Source of the DNA: a virus
Length of the DNA: 64,000 nt
IMG/VR virus record: IMGVR_UViG_3300050343_000117
Location: 32,001 to 96,000 of that record
Direction: 5' to 3' (one strand)
The translations under genes and the position numbers were made by a program. Position 1 is the first letter of the stretch; every line of letters begins with the position of its first letter. Shown in pieces: positions 52,398 through 64,000 of the stretch. A model generated the notes under the pieces. It made no database searches and had not been told where the DNA came from. It saw nothing but the letters and a program-made list of their open reading frames with translations.

Positions 52398-52623
52398 TTT
52401 TATCCTCTACTAAACGAAAAAGCAATTCTTTTATTTGTGTCATATCTTCCTTTAATCCTTTAACTTCTTTGGATAAATATTCAATATGATTTTGCTTTTC
52501 TTGATTTGATTTGCTTATCTTCCGTGCTTTATCTATCTCAGCCTTGTTGGTATTTAGTAACACTCCAGTGCGTCTATCTCGCACTAGATTATTATGTCCT
52601 TCTACTTTTATATGCGACTTCAT
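52384..52623 (-). CDS. Conserved small T4-like hypothetical protein
   Basis: 'IKVEGHNNLVRD..TG.LLN' plus a C-terminal coiled coil; typical position after vrlC. Confidence 0.7.
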   Translation of the reverse strand: MKSHIKVEGHNNLVRDRRTGVLLNTNKAEIDKARKISKSNQEKQNHIEYLSKEVKGLKEDMTQIKELLFRLVEDKNEQQ

Positions 52624-52632
52624 GTAAAACCT

Positions 52633-55600
52633 TTAGTAATGAAAGACTAGAGCATTATCTTCTGATTGCCAAGAAGGGGTTACTGATCCACCCGCATCTC
52701 TATATTCATCTGTGTATCGAATACCGATCGGTATATCCAACCAATCAAAAGTCTCACCACTGTGAGTAGTGGATAGGTTGACACTATAGTTACCTGAAGC
52801 TTCAGAAGTAATCGTGTTCACAAACTCTGTACCATAGTTCATAGTAACAGTACCCGTAGTAGACCATTCCGGACCAAATGTGTATGTTATTGGATAGTAG
52901 TGTGTGTTATGACCTTCTGGTCTTTCGATCCCGTAAGTTATGAATCTAACATCATGTTGAGTACCATTTACAGATGAATCCGTTTCAATATATATTGGTT
53001 GAACTGTTGCTTGACCTTCTGCTTCTGAGGTCATTTCTGGACTATATGGATAAATTGCGTGGAAGTCTCGACCACTTTCCCAATATACGCCATCATGAGC
53101 GACAGCTACAACGATGCCTTCGTCTGTATCGACCGTCATACGGTCTCCAACAGGCAAGTCATAATTGAACGTGAGTGTTTGGATGATATCGCCAGCTGGT
53201 TCATACAAATCACCACCAAATGCCTCACTAGTAGGTGGAGACAATCTAATGTCCATCTCTACAGTACCAGTATATGGTGTGGATTCACTAACACCCGACA
53301 TATCGGATTCAACTAGAATGAACCCTGTGCTACCCATTTCGCCCCTTTCAGAGACCGATAAATTAGTTGCAAAACTGTCACCGACATGATCGTAGGTTGT
53401 TTTGTTTCGAAGTACCGACACACCGTCACTTGTGTGAGACATGAGCGGATCATTCGGATCATTATCATTAGGTATTTCATAATCGTTGATTTTTTTCAGG
53501 GTGCTTGTAATTCCAAATCTTTCTAGATAGTCAAAGAAGTTATTATCTGGACCGTCAGTAAATTGTTGAATAGGTCTATCCAACCACTGACTAGTATGCA
53601 CTAGAGTTCGTGTTCCAACATCCGTAGCGTTTACTTGACTATAGACTTTCAACGATCCATCAAGGTGGAACTCAAGATTGAATCTGACTCCTCTAGGCTC
53701 CCAACCAGATGTACCTGACCACTCTCTACCCACATCGCGGCTACTTGCTGATATTGTTGGAACGGTCTCAGCGAAAAGCGAACTTATGTCTCTGACCTCA
53801 TTGGTCTCGCTTCCGGTGTCGGTATTAGTTTCGCCACCTGTATTAGTTTCGCCGCCGGTGTCTGTATTAGTTTCTCCGCCGGTGTCTGTGCTACTAGTAG
53901 TGTCTGTACTACCACTATTGTTACTTGAACTTGATGTGGTAGTAGTACCTGTGGAACCCGAACCTCCTGTTATCAGAGCGATTGCACGTAAGTCTTTAAT
54001 TAAAGGAGACTTAGAAGAGTTCTCTGAATGCATTACAATCTTAATCTGGAATGCGGTAAACTGTTCTGACTCATGAGTATACTCATACTCTGGGAAATTA
54101 GATGGGTTGTCGCTTGTAGGAATTGCTCTGTCTATATCAACCTTTACCCATTCGTGTATGGATTCTCCTTCTACAGCAGTAGATGCTACCAAGGTGTCTT
54201 CGTCTGGTGCTGTCTTAACATAGACTTCAAAGTCAGAACCAGATGGTCGGTTACCTGAAAATATTACCTTCAGACCAAGTGAGGACTCATCAACAACAAC
54301 TGGTGTTGTGATGTGTTGCGCAGCATATGCAAACGTGGTATAATCCGGTGTATCTGTATTAGGATCATATACATCGTGATCAATTACGTTTTCTAGTGTC
54401 ATAACCGCAACACGTTGAAGGTCAATTACAGGAGAAACTTTTGGATCTGCTGTGACCAATGATAGGTTCAATTTTAACGTTTCAGTAGATACGTTTTCAG
54501 AAGAAGCAACAATCTTTGGTAGAGAGTTCAAATTATATTCATTTACAAAGACCGGAACTTCGTCCTGTAACGTGTATACAAACTGATCTGTTGTACGACT
54601 GTCTGAAGAAGAACCATAGGATTTTGCGACAGGCGCAATCAACCCTGCATTTATTTTAGTAGTGTTAGGTACTACTGCTTGGATCTGTGGCACGAACGTA
54701 TCATAGTAGACTTGCTGTGAAGCGATAACCGCATTACCACCACCAGATGAACTAGCGCTTGCTACAGTAGGAACCTTAACATAATAACCGTCCCATGTTG
54801 GTTCATATACTTCAAGTAGACCGTTCATTTCTGAAGCGGGAACTCCACCAATATCATTGACAACGCCTGAGATAGAAACTATATCTTCGTCACTGAATCC
54901 GTGACCTTGATGATAAATCTTTACTATTCCGTTGTTAGCAATATCATCTGTATGAGTCAGACCGGCAACAGTTTCAATAGGATTAAATTCTAATGTGACT
55001 TTAGGTAAAGGTGCATTATCTAATACTAAATTACCTGATGTTTCAAAATTAGCTCGATGTAACTTGAACATCAAGTCTTTACTTTGATCTGGTGTCCATG
55101 TGCTAGAGTTTTGAGATAAGAATAATGAACCTAGAGTAGAAATTCTTGGAGCCTTATCTTGATTACTACCTATGACAAACTCTTCTGATTCCGAAATATA
55201 TACGTTATACTCTACGGATTCACTGAATAATATTATCGCATATTCTTTACCACCTGTCAAGTAAATCGGTTCGTCAAACTCAACAGCAGTTGCGCCAGTA
55301 GTCACTAGTGTATTCATTCCTTCGTTTTCACCTGAAATAGAATCATATGAAGTGACAGTAACATCATCGGAATTGACAAACACAACTGAGCCTGGAACGA
55401 CCTGATTGGTAGGAACTCCATTCTCTACCGTACGAATCTCAACCTGTAGTGGAGCAGTACTATCCTTAGACTCCATGAATACGTCTAGCTGAGTTAGGAA
55501 TATACCGTTAGGGTTTTCAATCTGGTCAACGAAGAATGTCTGCGCTAAAGGATCATTACGTCCTTCACTTCTGTAGATTCTTCTAGTAGTATCGATATTA

Positions 55601-58600
55601 CCCTGAGCGGTATCTAAAGCACCTTGTGATGAATAGAACGCAGATGTAGATATAGTAGACTCAGCGTCATACAGACTTACGTCTAACAACTCAAACTTTT
55701 GAGTTCCTGTTCTAAACTTCAAAGATTCTGTATTAGGTAAGAAGAATGATCCGATTAGCTCACCCTTATTATCTGTCTGCAAGAGAGTTGGTCCACCTAA
55801 GTCTGCTGGATATCCTGATTCGTTTGCATACTCACTACCAAATTCTTGTGGATTATCCGCAAATCTTTGTGTGGTTGATTCCTGTCGAACCCAATCACTT
55901 ACGTCTACACCGTCAAAGTATGCAAACATCTTAGTGTTAGGACGAAGTCCTTTGGCGACGAAGTTGATTCTACGAGAACGCATATACGGAATGATTTGCT
56001 GTCCACCAATAGTTTCACCAAGCAAGTCTTGTGCGTGAACCATATTTTCATATTTGTATTGATATTCAGCCAAAGGCATATGTAAGTTACTATTGAATGA
56101 CGTTACACTACCGTCGATCCAATTATAACTACCGCCGTACCACAAATCTTCTTGAGTGTGATAAATGCTTTGTATTACCGGAGGCAAATCTCTAGATTCT
56201 CTCCACTCATCCGATGATGGAGACAATTCTAAATTACCGATATACGATACTACAGTATGAGGATTAACATTAATAAAACTAGTAGCAAGTTCCTGTTCGG
56301 TGAATTCGACTTCAACATATGGTAGGGTAACCAAATCACCCTTCTTGCTTATTACGGTATCAACGTTATCTGCGCTATATGATAGTCGTACTGAATTTTC
56401 ACGAAAAGATGCCTGTAACAATCCACTTCTATCAACGGACGCTCTATAGTTCTCGTTATTAATGTCAGAGTAGTCGAATGTGCTAAAATTATCAGCGAAG
56501 AATCCTGACTTAACTCTTGACTGCCCTTGGTTATCAGTAATGACTAGGGACTGAGTATTAGTTTCCAAGAAACTCAATGCAGTCCTTTCATACAACTCAT
56601 CCAAACGTCGTTCTAATTTTGCGATATCTTTCATAGTATATCGCTTGTTTGGAATATAAGCTGTCGAAACGTCAGATGCACTGAATGTGTAAGGGCTCAA
56701 AGTAAACGTATATAGCGACAGTGAACCTACTGGAATCTCTGGTTCCTTTGGAGTTATACTAGGAACCCCCTGTATAACCTGTAGTTCACCAAACCCAATG
56801 CTGCTGTTTACTGCGTTCGCAACTAGAACGTCAATACGAGGTAAGTAGTATTCTATATCATTGATAGTGATGGCAGATGCATTCTGAGGTAACTCTGCGA
56901 CTACGTTGAATTCTCCGGTGTAACCAAATGTTCGGGAAGGTCGGAAGTCTAATACATCTCTTAAAGAGATGGACTGACCTGTCGCACTGGTATGGTTAGG
57001 GATATTTTCATAACTATCGTCTGCATAAGATGAAGCAGAGAAGAACGTGCTTCCGCTTGGTCCAGTATGTGTATAATGTGTGTATGTAACCTTTATCTCA
57101 GATTGGCCACCTGTAGGTAAAAGATATCCTGGCTTCAAGTACACGACAGCTTCGTCATAGAAGTTATCACGTTGACCGCCATCTAGATAAAACTGGTGAG
57201 TGATGTCTTCAGCAGCAGACCAATCTGTACCAGAACTATCTCTGAATAAAACCGATTGAAGAGAGATACCATCTACGGTATCTGTGAATACAGGACGTTT
57301 CTCCCAGTCTATCGATGGAAGAGTCTGTGTTTTTTCTGCAACCGTTATTGTTTTTGTGCGAGGTGTTGCGTTAGAGACCTCAACGTAATATGCAATATCA
57401 TGATTTTTGTTTGGCCTCAGACCCGAATATACACCCGCCATACTTGGTACTGATTCTGGACCAGTTAGAATAGAGGTTTCGGACTCTGCGATTATCCAAC
57501 GATTAGTTTCAACGCCAGACAAACTAATAACACCTTGACTATCAGACTGTATTCTAGTATATCTCTGTACAGTATAGTTTGCAGTAATCGAATCATCTTT
57601 TGGACTGGTTCTAGGTAGCGGGAACAGCAGACTATTGTTAGATGACTCATGTATTGTGCTATCTACTAATTGAATTCTTGGGGCTACCAGCGCCTGGAAT
57701 ATTATCCTGTAATGATACTGCATCAGCAAAACTATGATATCCTGTACCACCTTGTATTGAAGACATACGAATGTCAAAAATGTATAGTCGGTAACCAAAT
57801 GAGTCGGATTGTATACCACGGACGTTACAGAAACCTATTACAGATCCGCCTGATGCTGCGTTGTAGATAGCCAAATATCCAAATACATCTAATCTACCGA
57901 AACCTTCAGATGAGGTTGGGTCGATATAAACATAGTTACCATATGCAACTGGTACTGGTTCGTTAAATGTCTGAAGAGTTTGTCTTGCTTTTGGTACGGT
58001 AATATCCGTTTGACCAAATTCTAATCGATAACCATCTACATATGCTATACCTTCAGAAACATCTAGATTTAAATTAGTGTTATCCAGAGGTTCGAATATC
58101 GCAGTAAACTTATCTACAACATAGTCACCAGACTCTTCTTTTGTTCTTCGTGCAAGCAGATCATTAACTCGACTGTATGCATCGAATGTACTTACCTCGC
58201 GTGTGATAACACCGTTAACAACACGTGCGACAAATATAAAGTTTTGACTTATATCTACTTGATCACGAGTAGTAGGTGTTAGTTTGATCTGATATCGATG
58301 AGCGCCTGGCGCAGTGATATCTGGAACTTCGCCTTGGTTATCATATAGATTAGTATCTTCGCTCTCATCTACGATTGATTCTTCAATCACAAAACCGATA
58401 TCTGCCGTTGGTTCTGTGCTATACTTTGATAGGAAAGATTCTCCACCTTCCATGTAAACAAAGTGTCCCTGTACAAAGAACTCGCCTGGCGCAAAGTACG
58501 CTTTAGTGCCACGACCTGCTGCCGGAATTTCATCTTCACTGTCGTCGATTACAGTAAGAGTAGAATTATCTGGGCGAGTTAAAATGTCTCCTGATTCAAC

Positions 58601-59011
58601 ACGAGGTGCTTTCTCCGTGTCGGTTACATTTGAAGTATCTGTATATCTAACATAAAGAGTTGCTGGATCTTGATCTGGTACTGCACTATACACCTCAAGA
58701 ACAATAAACTGTATAGTGCCGTTAGTTAGAGTCTCACCAACTAAACTAGGATCTATAACACTATTAGCATCAAGACGAATATATTCTATCCTATTATCAA
58801 CTGTCGAACCACCTGGGCTGACTAGTGCACCTTCTGTAAATATGTTACGACCGAAACGTGCAATCTCTTCGTGTATTATTGTTTGTGATTCATTTAACTC
58901 ACGTGCTTGAAGAGCCCTACCTGAATTATAGAGTACACGATAATAACCATCTTTCGGATCGTAAAAATCGCGGTAAGTTTCTCTGAACGTCTTATCTGTA
59001 AAATCTGCCAT
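52633..59011 (-). CDS. VrlC-like / DUF4815 large baseplate structural protein (frameshift near 57675) with an extra C-terminal domain
   Basis: 'YRDFYD...YYRVLYNSGRALQARELNESQT', 'APGAHRY', 'NKRYTMKDIAKLERR', 'KSGFFADNF', 'DPLAQTFFV', 'PLIKDLRAIAL'. Confidence 0.85.
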
Positions 59012-59019
59012 GATTTATC

Positions 59020-60411
59020 CTAAACGGTTATTACGATCTTAATATCTTCTTGTTGTTCTTCGTCGCGTCTGATTCTTGTTCTTGTCTCAATATATAGGAC
59101 TTCACCAGAGAAGCGATCTATACCATTTACTGGAGACAATCCACCCGTTGCGATAACGCCCGCAACCTGACCTTCTTGAACTACGGCCTCATTTTCTTCA
59201 AACTCAACAAACCCCGTTGATTCATTTTGATGGTAATGAACAACGTTACCGTCGGACTGATCAACATATGCCTTGGCGGTACTAGTTCCGCCTGTTATAA
59301 GTTTTCCCGACACAAATGGTGAGGTATCTTCTAATGTTAATGTAGGTAATGCCTTTACCGAAGTTCCGGTGAACGGAGCAGATCCGTCTGGTAGTAAAGG
59401 TGATTTGATAAGACCCATTTCACGGAAAGTATTTTGTGTGATAAATGTTCCGTTGACATTACCGTCTGGTTTGATACCGGCTAGAATAGAACTTGTTTTC
59501 AAATCATCTATAGGGTTCTTACCCAAACCTTCTGAGGTAGTTACTACTGGTACTGCTGTACAGTTTTCGGTATCACCGTCGGTTATTGTAAGCGAAGCGT
59601 AAGTATATCCAGAACCGTAGTCAGTCATTTTAATTTCAGTAACCTTACCATCAACGTCAATAACGGCAGTAGCAGTTGCGCCTGATCCATCACCGACTAC
59701 TGTGACTGTAGGTTCAGTTATGTAACCAAGACCCTGTGTGATTACTTTTGCACGAGTGACTTGACCACCTACAGCAGCAAGATGAACATCACGTTGTAGA
59801 TCTTCGATTGAATCTCCACCGTGGTAATCTGGTTCCGTTTCTTGTATCGGAAAGTGATTGGATGATAAGAATTGATAGATGCGCTCTGGAGTTATGGAAT
59901 ATAAGAACTTCCATGTATATCCATCTCCAGTTTCAAAAACTTTGGTATGGTCCCATGTGTTGGTAGGATCTATTGAATCTAGAAGATCTTTATGGTAGCC
60001 GTAATTAGGCTCGACCATAGATTGCTTTGGACTACCGTCTATATTCTTACCGTAATCAATACAAACGTATACTTCTTTAGCATCGTTCAATACGTAAAAT
60101 GGCGTCCATGGCTCTACGATATCCGAAGGAGTTGCGTCATCCCATCCAGTGTATATCGATCCCGATGACCAATTTACTCTCTTGGCAACGAATGTTGAAC
60201 CCTCGATCTTCTTGATCGATTGTAGGTTATGTCGGAACTCTCTTTCATCACGTGGACAGTCTACAGGGTCTATAGTTGTTTCCGAATTCTCTGAAACTGG
60301 AAATTCGTCTGATTTACCGATACCAATATAGTAGCTGTCAGAAGATTGCATATCTATCAGCAGATCCTTCGCTAAGCTCCTACTTAATGTCTGTCTTACA
60401 ATTGCTGCCAT
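59020..60411 (-). CDS. 8: Baseplate wedge subunit gp8
   Basis: 'YYIGIGK', 'RVNWSSG..Y..WD', 'VYVCID', 'DGYTWKFLY', 'SGEVLYIE.R..I.R...Q.EDIKIVI'. Confidence 0.9.
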   Translation of the reverse strand: MAAIVRQTLSRSLAKDLLIDMQSSDSYYIGIGKSDEFPVSENSETTIDPVDCPRDEREFRHNLQSIKKIEGSTFVAKRVNWSSGSIYTGWDDATPSDIVEPWTPFYVLNDAKEVYVCIDYGKNIDGSPKQSMVEPNYGYHKDLLDSIDPTNTWDHTKVFETGDGYTWKFLYSITPERIYQFLSSNHFPIQETEPDYHGGDSIEDLQRDVHLAAVGGQVTRAKVITQGLGYITEPTVTVVGDGSGATATAVIDVDGKVTEIKMTDYGSGYTYASLTITDGDTENCTAVPVVTTSEGLGKNPIDDLKTSSILAGIKPDGNVNGTFITQNTFREMGLIKSPLLPDGSAPFTGTSVKALPTLTLEDTSPFVSGKLITGGTSTAKAYVDQSDGNVVHYHQNESTGFVEFEENEAVVQEGQVAGVIATGGLSPVNGIDRFSGEVLYIETRTRIRRDEEQQEDIKIVITV

Positions 60412-60447
60412 GTTCTTATCCTACGCATGTTAGAAATATTATTCTTA

Positions 60448-60455
60448 TATTTATA
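60448..60455 (-). promoter_or_regulatory. T4-type late promoter (gp8)
   Basis: TATAAATA. Confidence 0.75.
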
Positions 60456-60461
60456 ACGTTT

Positions 60462-61340
60462 TTATGAGTCATTTAAAAATTTGTTTAACCATGATTCTTT
60501 TTGATGATGATTCATCAATAAGTCTTTGTATATTACCGGAAGTTCATATGCACTACTTCTCCACTGGGAGACATGTTTAAGTGCTTCGTCCTTCAGCGGC
60601 TGTAGATATTCTTCGTAACTATGAACCTTCTGAGCACTTCCTTCAGTCGTCCTATCGATACAATATAAGTCGCTTGACATTGATAGGAAGTAACACAGAT
60701 TTCCCTTCTGGTGTTCTGCTAATAACTTGTAGGTGTATGCGTGATCTTCTCCGTTACCAATATCTTCGTTCATTTTTATTTGTGCAGACTTACGACTCTG
60801 CAACATAATGAAGTCAACCGACACTGGACGTTCATCAATAAACAAATGACTTTCTTGTGGTCCTAAGTTTTCGTGAGGAGCGCACATCGATGTTCCCCAT
60901 ACACTTGCAAAGTAAGTTTCATTAACTTGCCAGTAATGTCCCGAAACCAATTCCCAACTGCAAATAGAATCACATGGTACCACACCTAACACGTCAATAC
61001 AAGGATAATGCTTATAATGATTCCACAGCGACTGTAAGTACGACGGATATAAAAAATCATCTCCATCGATCTGAGATACAAAATCACAGTCACTTTCTAG
61101 AAATACATCTAGACATGCATTCTTACCGCGGCCGGGTTTGCCATTACTTTCCGTATTGACTACACGGAATGGTAGATTAAGTGCGCATACATCTTCGTAG
61201 TATCCTTCATGAATACTATTTACAACGATCACCACTTCCCATTCGATTGGTTCAATTTTGATGACTTGTTGGGCAGATTTAACTAATCGTGCTAACTTAG
61301 GAATGTCGTTGGAAGTCAACAACGTTGTCATCAATTTCAT
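60462..61340 (-). CDS. GT2-like glycosyltransferase
   Basis: 'EVVIVVNS', 'SNGKPGRGKNACL', 'FVSQIDGDDFLYP' (DxD), 'GEDH'. Confidence 0.78.
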   Translation of the reverse strand: MKLMTTLLTSNDIPKLARLVKSAQQVIKIEPIEWEVVIVVNSIHEGYYEDVCALNLPFRVVNTESNGKPGRGKNACLDVFLESDCDFVSQIDGDDFLYPSYLQSLWNHYKHYPCIDVLGVVPCDSICSWELVSGHYWQVNETYFASVWGTSMCAPHENLGPQESHLFIDERPVSVDFIMLQSRKSAQIKMNEDIGNGEDHAYTYKLLAEHQKGNLCYFLSMSSDLYCIDRTTEGSAQKVHSYEEYLQPLKDEALKHVSQWRSSAYELPVIYKDLLMNHHQKESWLNKFLNDS

Positions 61341-61894
61341 TATTCTGCCTCAAAGAAGAATGTCTGAAATAATCTACCGTCGTATTGGTTTGAACCAAAG
61401 CCGGGAACTACACTGCGATGATAGTACATCGCATCATATAATACCAGTCGGTTGTAAATATTTTTAGATTCTGCAACAATGTCCCAGTCACCTTCAACCA
61501 ACTGGAATTCATTAAAATCTACTGGACATGAATCTTCATGTTTCATAATTCCAGTCTGTCTATGTTTATAGATTGCAGTTCCGGAATCTAGAGGCGCGTC
61601 AGGCGTTAGATACACGACTCCCGCATAGGACATTTTATCGTGATGAATCCATGTCTTGCAGTTTTCGGTAGTGTATTGGAAGGAAGTGTTATAGTTGTCT
61701 AGTGGAAAGTATGTTATTGCTTTTCCTATGATCCCCTCTAAAGAGTTTTTCATAGAATCAACATATCCACCAGCATTGGTACATGGAGATGTTCTTAGGC
61801 CGGGATAGTTACCCGACACATTAAATTCTAGACTTAAAGCATAATCCCGAACTGAGTCGGGATCTGCATAAAAATTATCAATTACTGTAAACAT
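61340..61894 (-). CDS. 2OG-Fe(II) oxygenase (DUF6445 / prolyl-hydroxylase-like)
   Basis: 'VIDNFYADPDSVR', 'YPGLR', 'WIHHD', 'AGVVYLTP', 'SGTAIY', 'YNRLVLYD..YYH', 'RLFQTFF'. Confidence 0.82.
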   Translation of the reverse strand: MFTVIDNFYADPDSVRDYALSLEFNVSGNYPGLRTSPCTNAGGYVDSMKNSLEGIIGKAITYFPLDNYNTSFQYTTENCKTWIHHDKMSYAGVVYLTPDAPLDSGTAIYKHRQTGIMKHEDSCPVDFNEFQLVEGDWDIVAESKNIYNRLVLYDAMYYHRSVVPGFGSNQYDGRLFQTFFFEAE

Positions 61895-61936
61895 AATATA
61901 CCTGTATGTGGAACCCCCTTTCGGGGGTGTATTCAA

Positions 61937-64000
61937 TTACGATATTTTACCAATCTTGACTCTTAGATTATTGCTATTGTCAAAGATATCAATACTGTTA
62001 CTTGTGAACTCAATACGTTCATTGGGTGCTGTCCCTGTATTTAGTAGTCCACTCATATCCACAAATCCTTGGTTATTTGTCAACTCAGTAAAAGTGGAAT
62101 TCGTCGTAGTATTTATTCTGTCAACTGTTGCCCTGTAAACACGACCAGTTCCAATATGCCAATAAACATCCCCAGCATATATAGTGTTCACTGTACGGAA
62201 CTGTCTAATCATAGCTGATGCAGTTGAGTTAATGTTACTAGGTAGATTTGCGCTGGTATCAAACAATACTGCATTACCAAATCCGCCGACTGGACCCTGT
62301 GCACCTATTGAACCAGAAACTCCCTGTGGTCCCTGATCTCCAATAGCACCTTGAGCACCTTGGTCACCCTGCGCTCCAGTTTCACCTTGGGCACCTTTAT
62401 TACCTACAGATCCTTGAGCACCTTTATTACCTACCCCACCTTGAGGGCCTTGGTCACCTTGTGGTCCATCCTCACCTTGGGCACCTTTATTACCTACAGA
62501 TCCTTGAGCACCTTTATTACCTACGGCACCTTGAGCACCTTGGTCACCTACAGATCCTTGAGCACCTTTATTACCTACCCCACCTTGAGGGCCTTGGTCA
62601 CCTTGAGGACCATCTTCACCCTGAGCACCTTTATTACCTACGGCACCCTGAGCACCTTTATTACCTACGGCACCTTGAGCACCTTGGTCACCTACAGCAC
62701 CCTGATTACCTACTAGACCTTGAGCACCTTGGTAACCAACTGCTCCCTGACCACCTTGTTCACCCTGATTACCTACTAGACCTTGAGCACCTTGGTAGCC
62801 TACGGGACCTTGACCACCTTGTTCACCTTGTGGTCCGACTAGACCTTGAGCACCTTGGAATCCAACCGCACCTTGGGCACCCTGCTCACCTTGTGGTCCG
62901 ACTAGACCTTGAGCACCCTGATAACCAACTGCTCCCTGACCACCCTGTTCACCCTGTGGTCCGACTAGACCCTGTGCACCTTGGAAACCAACTGCACCCT
63001 GTGCACCCTGCTCACCTTGTGGTCCGACTAGACCTTGAGCACCTTGGTAACCAACTTCACCTTGGCCTCCCTGCTCACCTTGAGGACCAACTAGACCCTG
63101 TGCACCTCTGAATCCGACCGGACCTTGTTCGCCCTGTTCTCCTTGATTACCTACTAGTCCCTGTGCACCTTGGAAACCAACTGCACCCTGTGCACCCTGT
63201 TCTCCTTGTGGTCCAACTAGACCTTGAGCACCTTGGAATCCAACTTCACCCTGAGAACCTTGTTCTCCTTGTGGTCCAACTAGACCCTGTGCGCCTCTGA
63301 ATCCGACCGGACCTTGACCGCCTTGTTCACCTTGATTACCAACTAGACCCTGTGCCCCTTGGAATCCAACTTCACCTTGGGAACCTTGTTCACCCTGTGG
63401 TCCGACTAGACCCTGTGCACCTTGGAAACCTACAGCACCCTGACCACCCTGTTCTCCTTGAGGACCTACTAAACCTTGAGCTCCACGCTCGCCTTGATTT
63501 CCTTTATCCCCTTGTTCTCCTTGGTTACCTACTAGACCTTGAGCACCTTGAACACCGACAGCACCTTGGGAACCTTGCTCACCCTGTGGTCCAACTAGAC
63601 CTTGAGCACCTTGGAAACCAACTGCGCCTTGAGCACCTTGCTCTCCTTGATTACCTACTAGACCCTGTGCACCTTGGAAACCTACAGCACCTTGCGGTCC
63701 AGTGTCACCTTGAGCACCAGAATCACCTTGAGCACCCTGATCACCTACAGCACCTTGATTACCTACTAGACCCTGTGCACCCGCATTACCCTGCGCACCA
63801 GTATCACCTTGAGCACCCTGATCACCTACAGCACCTTGATTACCTACTAGACCCTGTGCACCTTGGAAACCTACAGCACCCTGTGCACCAGCTTGACCCT
63901 GTGCACCCGCACTACCCTGAGAACCAACTGTACCTTGCGGTCCTACAATACCCTGTGCGCCAGTTTCACCTTGTGCACCAGTATCACCTTCAGCACCTTG
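61937..64000 (-). CDS. Collagen-like fibre protein (5'-truncated by the window edge)
   Basis: The 2064-nt span fits a single frame of 688 codons; Gly-X-Y (GAQ, GNK, GPQ, GEQ, GLV, GFQ) from ~62285 to 64000; C-terminal ~115-aa globular domain ending 'RVKIGKIS'. Confidence 0.9.
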   Translation of the reverse strand, partial: QGAEGDTGAQGETGAQGIVGPQGTVGSQGSAGAQGQAGAQGAVGFQGAQGLVGNQGAVGDQGAQGDTGAQGNAGAQGLVGNQGAVGDQGAQGDSGAQGDTGPQGAVGFQGAQGLVGNQGEQGAQGAVGFQGAQGLVGPQGEQGSQGAVGVQGAQGLVGNQGEQGDKGNQGERGAQGLVGPQGEQGGQGAVGFQGAQGLVGPQGEQGSQGEVGFQGAQGLVGNQGEQGGQGPVGFRGAQGLVGPQGEQGSQGEVGFQGAQGLVGPQGEQGAQGAVGFQGAQGLVGNQGEQGEQGPVGFRGAQGLVGPQGEQGGQGEVGYQGAQGLVGPQGEQGAQGAVGFQGAQGLVGPQGEQGGQGAVGYQGAQGLVGPQGEQGAQGAVGFQGAQGLVGPQGEQGGQGPVGYQGAQGLVGNQGEQGGQGAVGYQGAQGLVGNQGAVGDQGAQGAVGNKGAQGAVGNKGAQGEDGPQGDQGPQGGVGNKGAQGSVGDQGAQGAVGNKGAQGSVGNKGAQGEDGPQGDQGPQGGVGNKGAQGSVGNKGAQGETGAQGDQGAQGAIGDQGPQGVSGSIGAQGPVGGFGNAVLFDTSANLPSNINSTASAMIRQFRTVNTIYAGDVYWHIGTGRVYRATVDRINTTTNSTFTELTNNQGFVDMSGLLNTGTAPNERIEFTSNSIDIFDNSNNLRVKIGKIS

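Noticed and set aside
61908-61936. N-terminal extension 'MNTPPKGGSTYRYI' of the oxygenase
   Set aside because: This stretch is a CCCCC-GAAA-GGGGG hairpin; the family-typical start is MFTVIDNF at 61894
62351-63111. Plus-strand His/Leu-rich and Thr/Leu-rich repeat ORFs
   Set aside because: Antisense shadows of the Gly-X-Y collagen gene

Overview
This window is a 64-kb slice of a T4-like (Tevenvirinae/Kyanoviridae-type) myovirus genome, with essentially all genes on the minus strand. It is probably marine with a heterotrophic host (inference from AOX, Hsp20 and several 2OG-Fe(II) oxygenases, with no photosynthesis genes). From left to right it holds accessory enzymes, regA, clamp loader and clamp (62/44/45) with an AOX + tRNA-Thr insert, then 46/47, 55, uvsW/uvsY, head genes 23-20, tail 19/18, terminase 17/16, neck 15/14/13, a block of very large fibre/structural genes, a VrlC-like gene, baseplate gp8 and a window-truncated collagen-like fibre. 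Many conserved genes carry single-base frameshifts that are most likely sequencing or assembly errors. The standout feature is a 1580-aa protein (42713-47455). Its two ~600-residue tetrad-repeat arms are mirror-complementary at the protein level: more than 100 consecutive tetrads pair by a consistent code around a small central tip domain, suggesting one giant antiparallel beta-hairpin fibre. This protein and the collagen fibre are each followed by a glycosyltransferase plus a 2OG-Fe(II)-oxygenase-like gene, suggesting phage-encoded hydroxylation and glycosylation of fibres.
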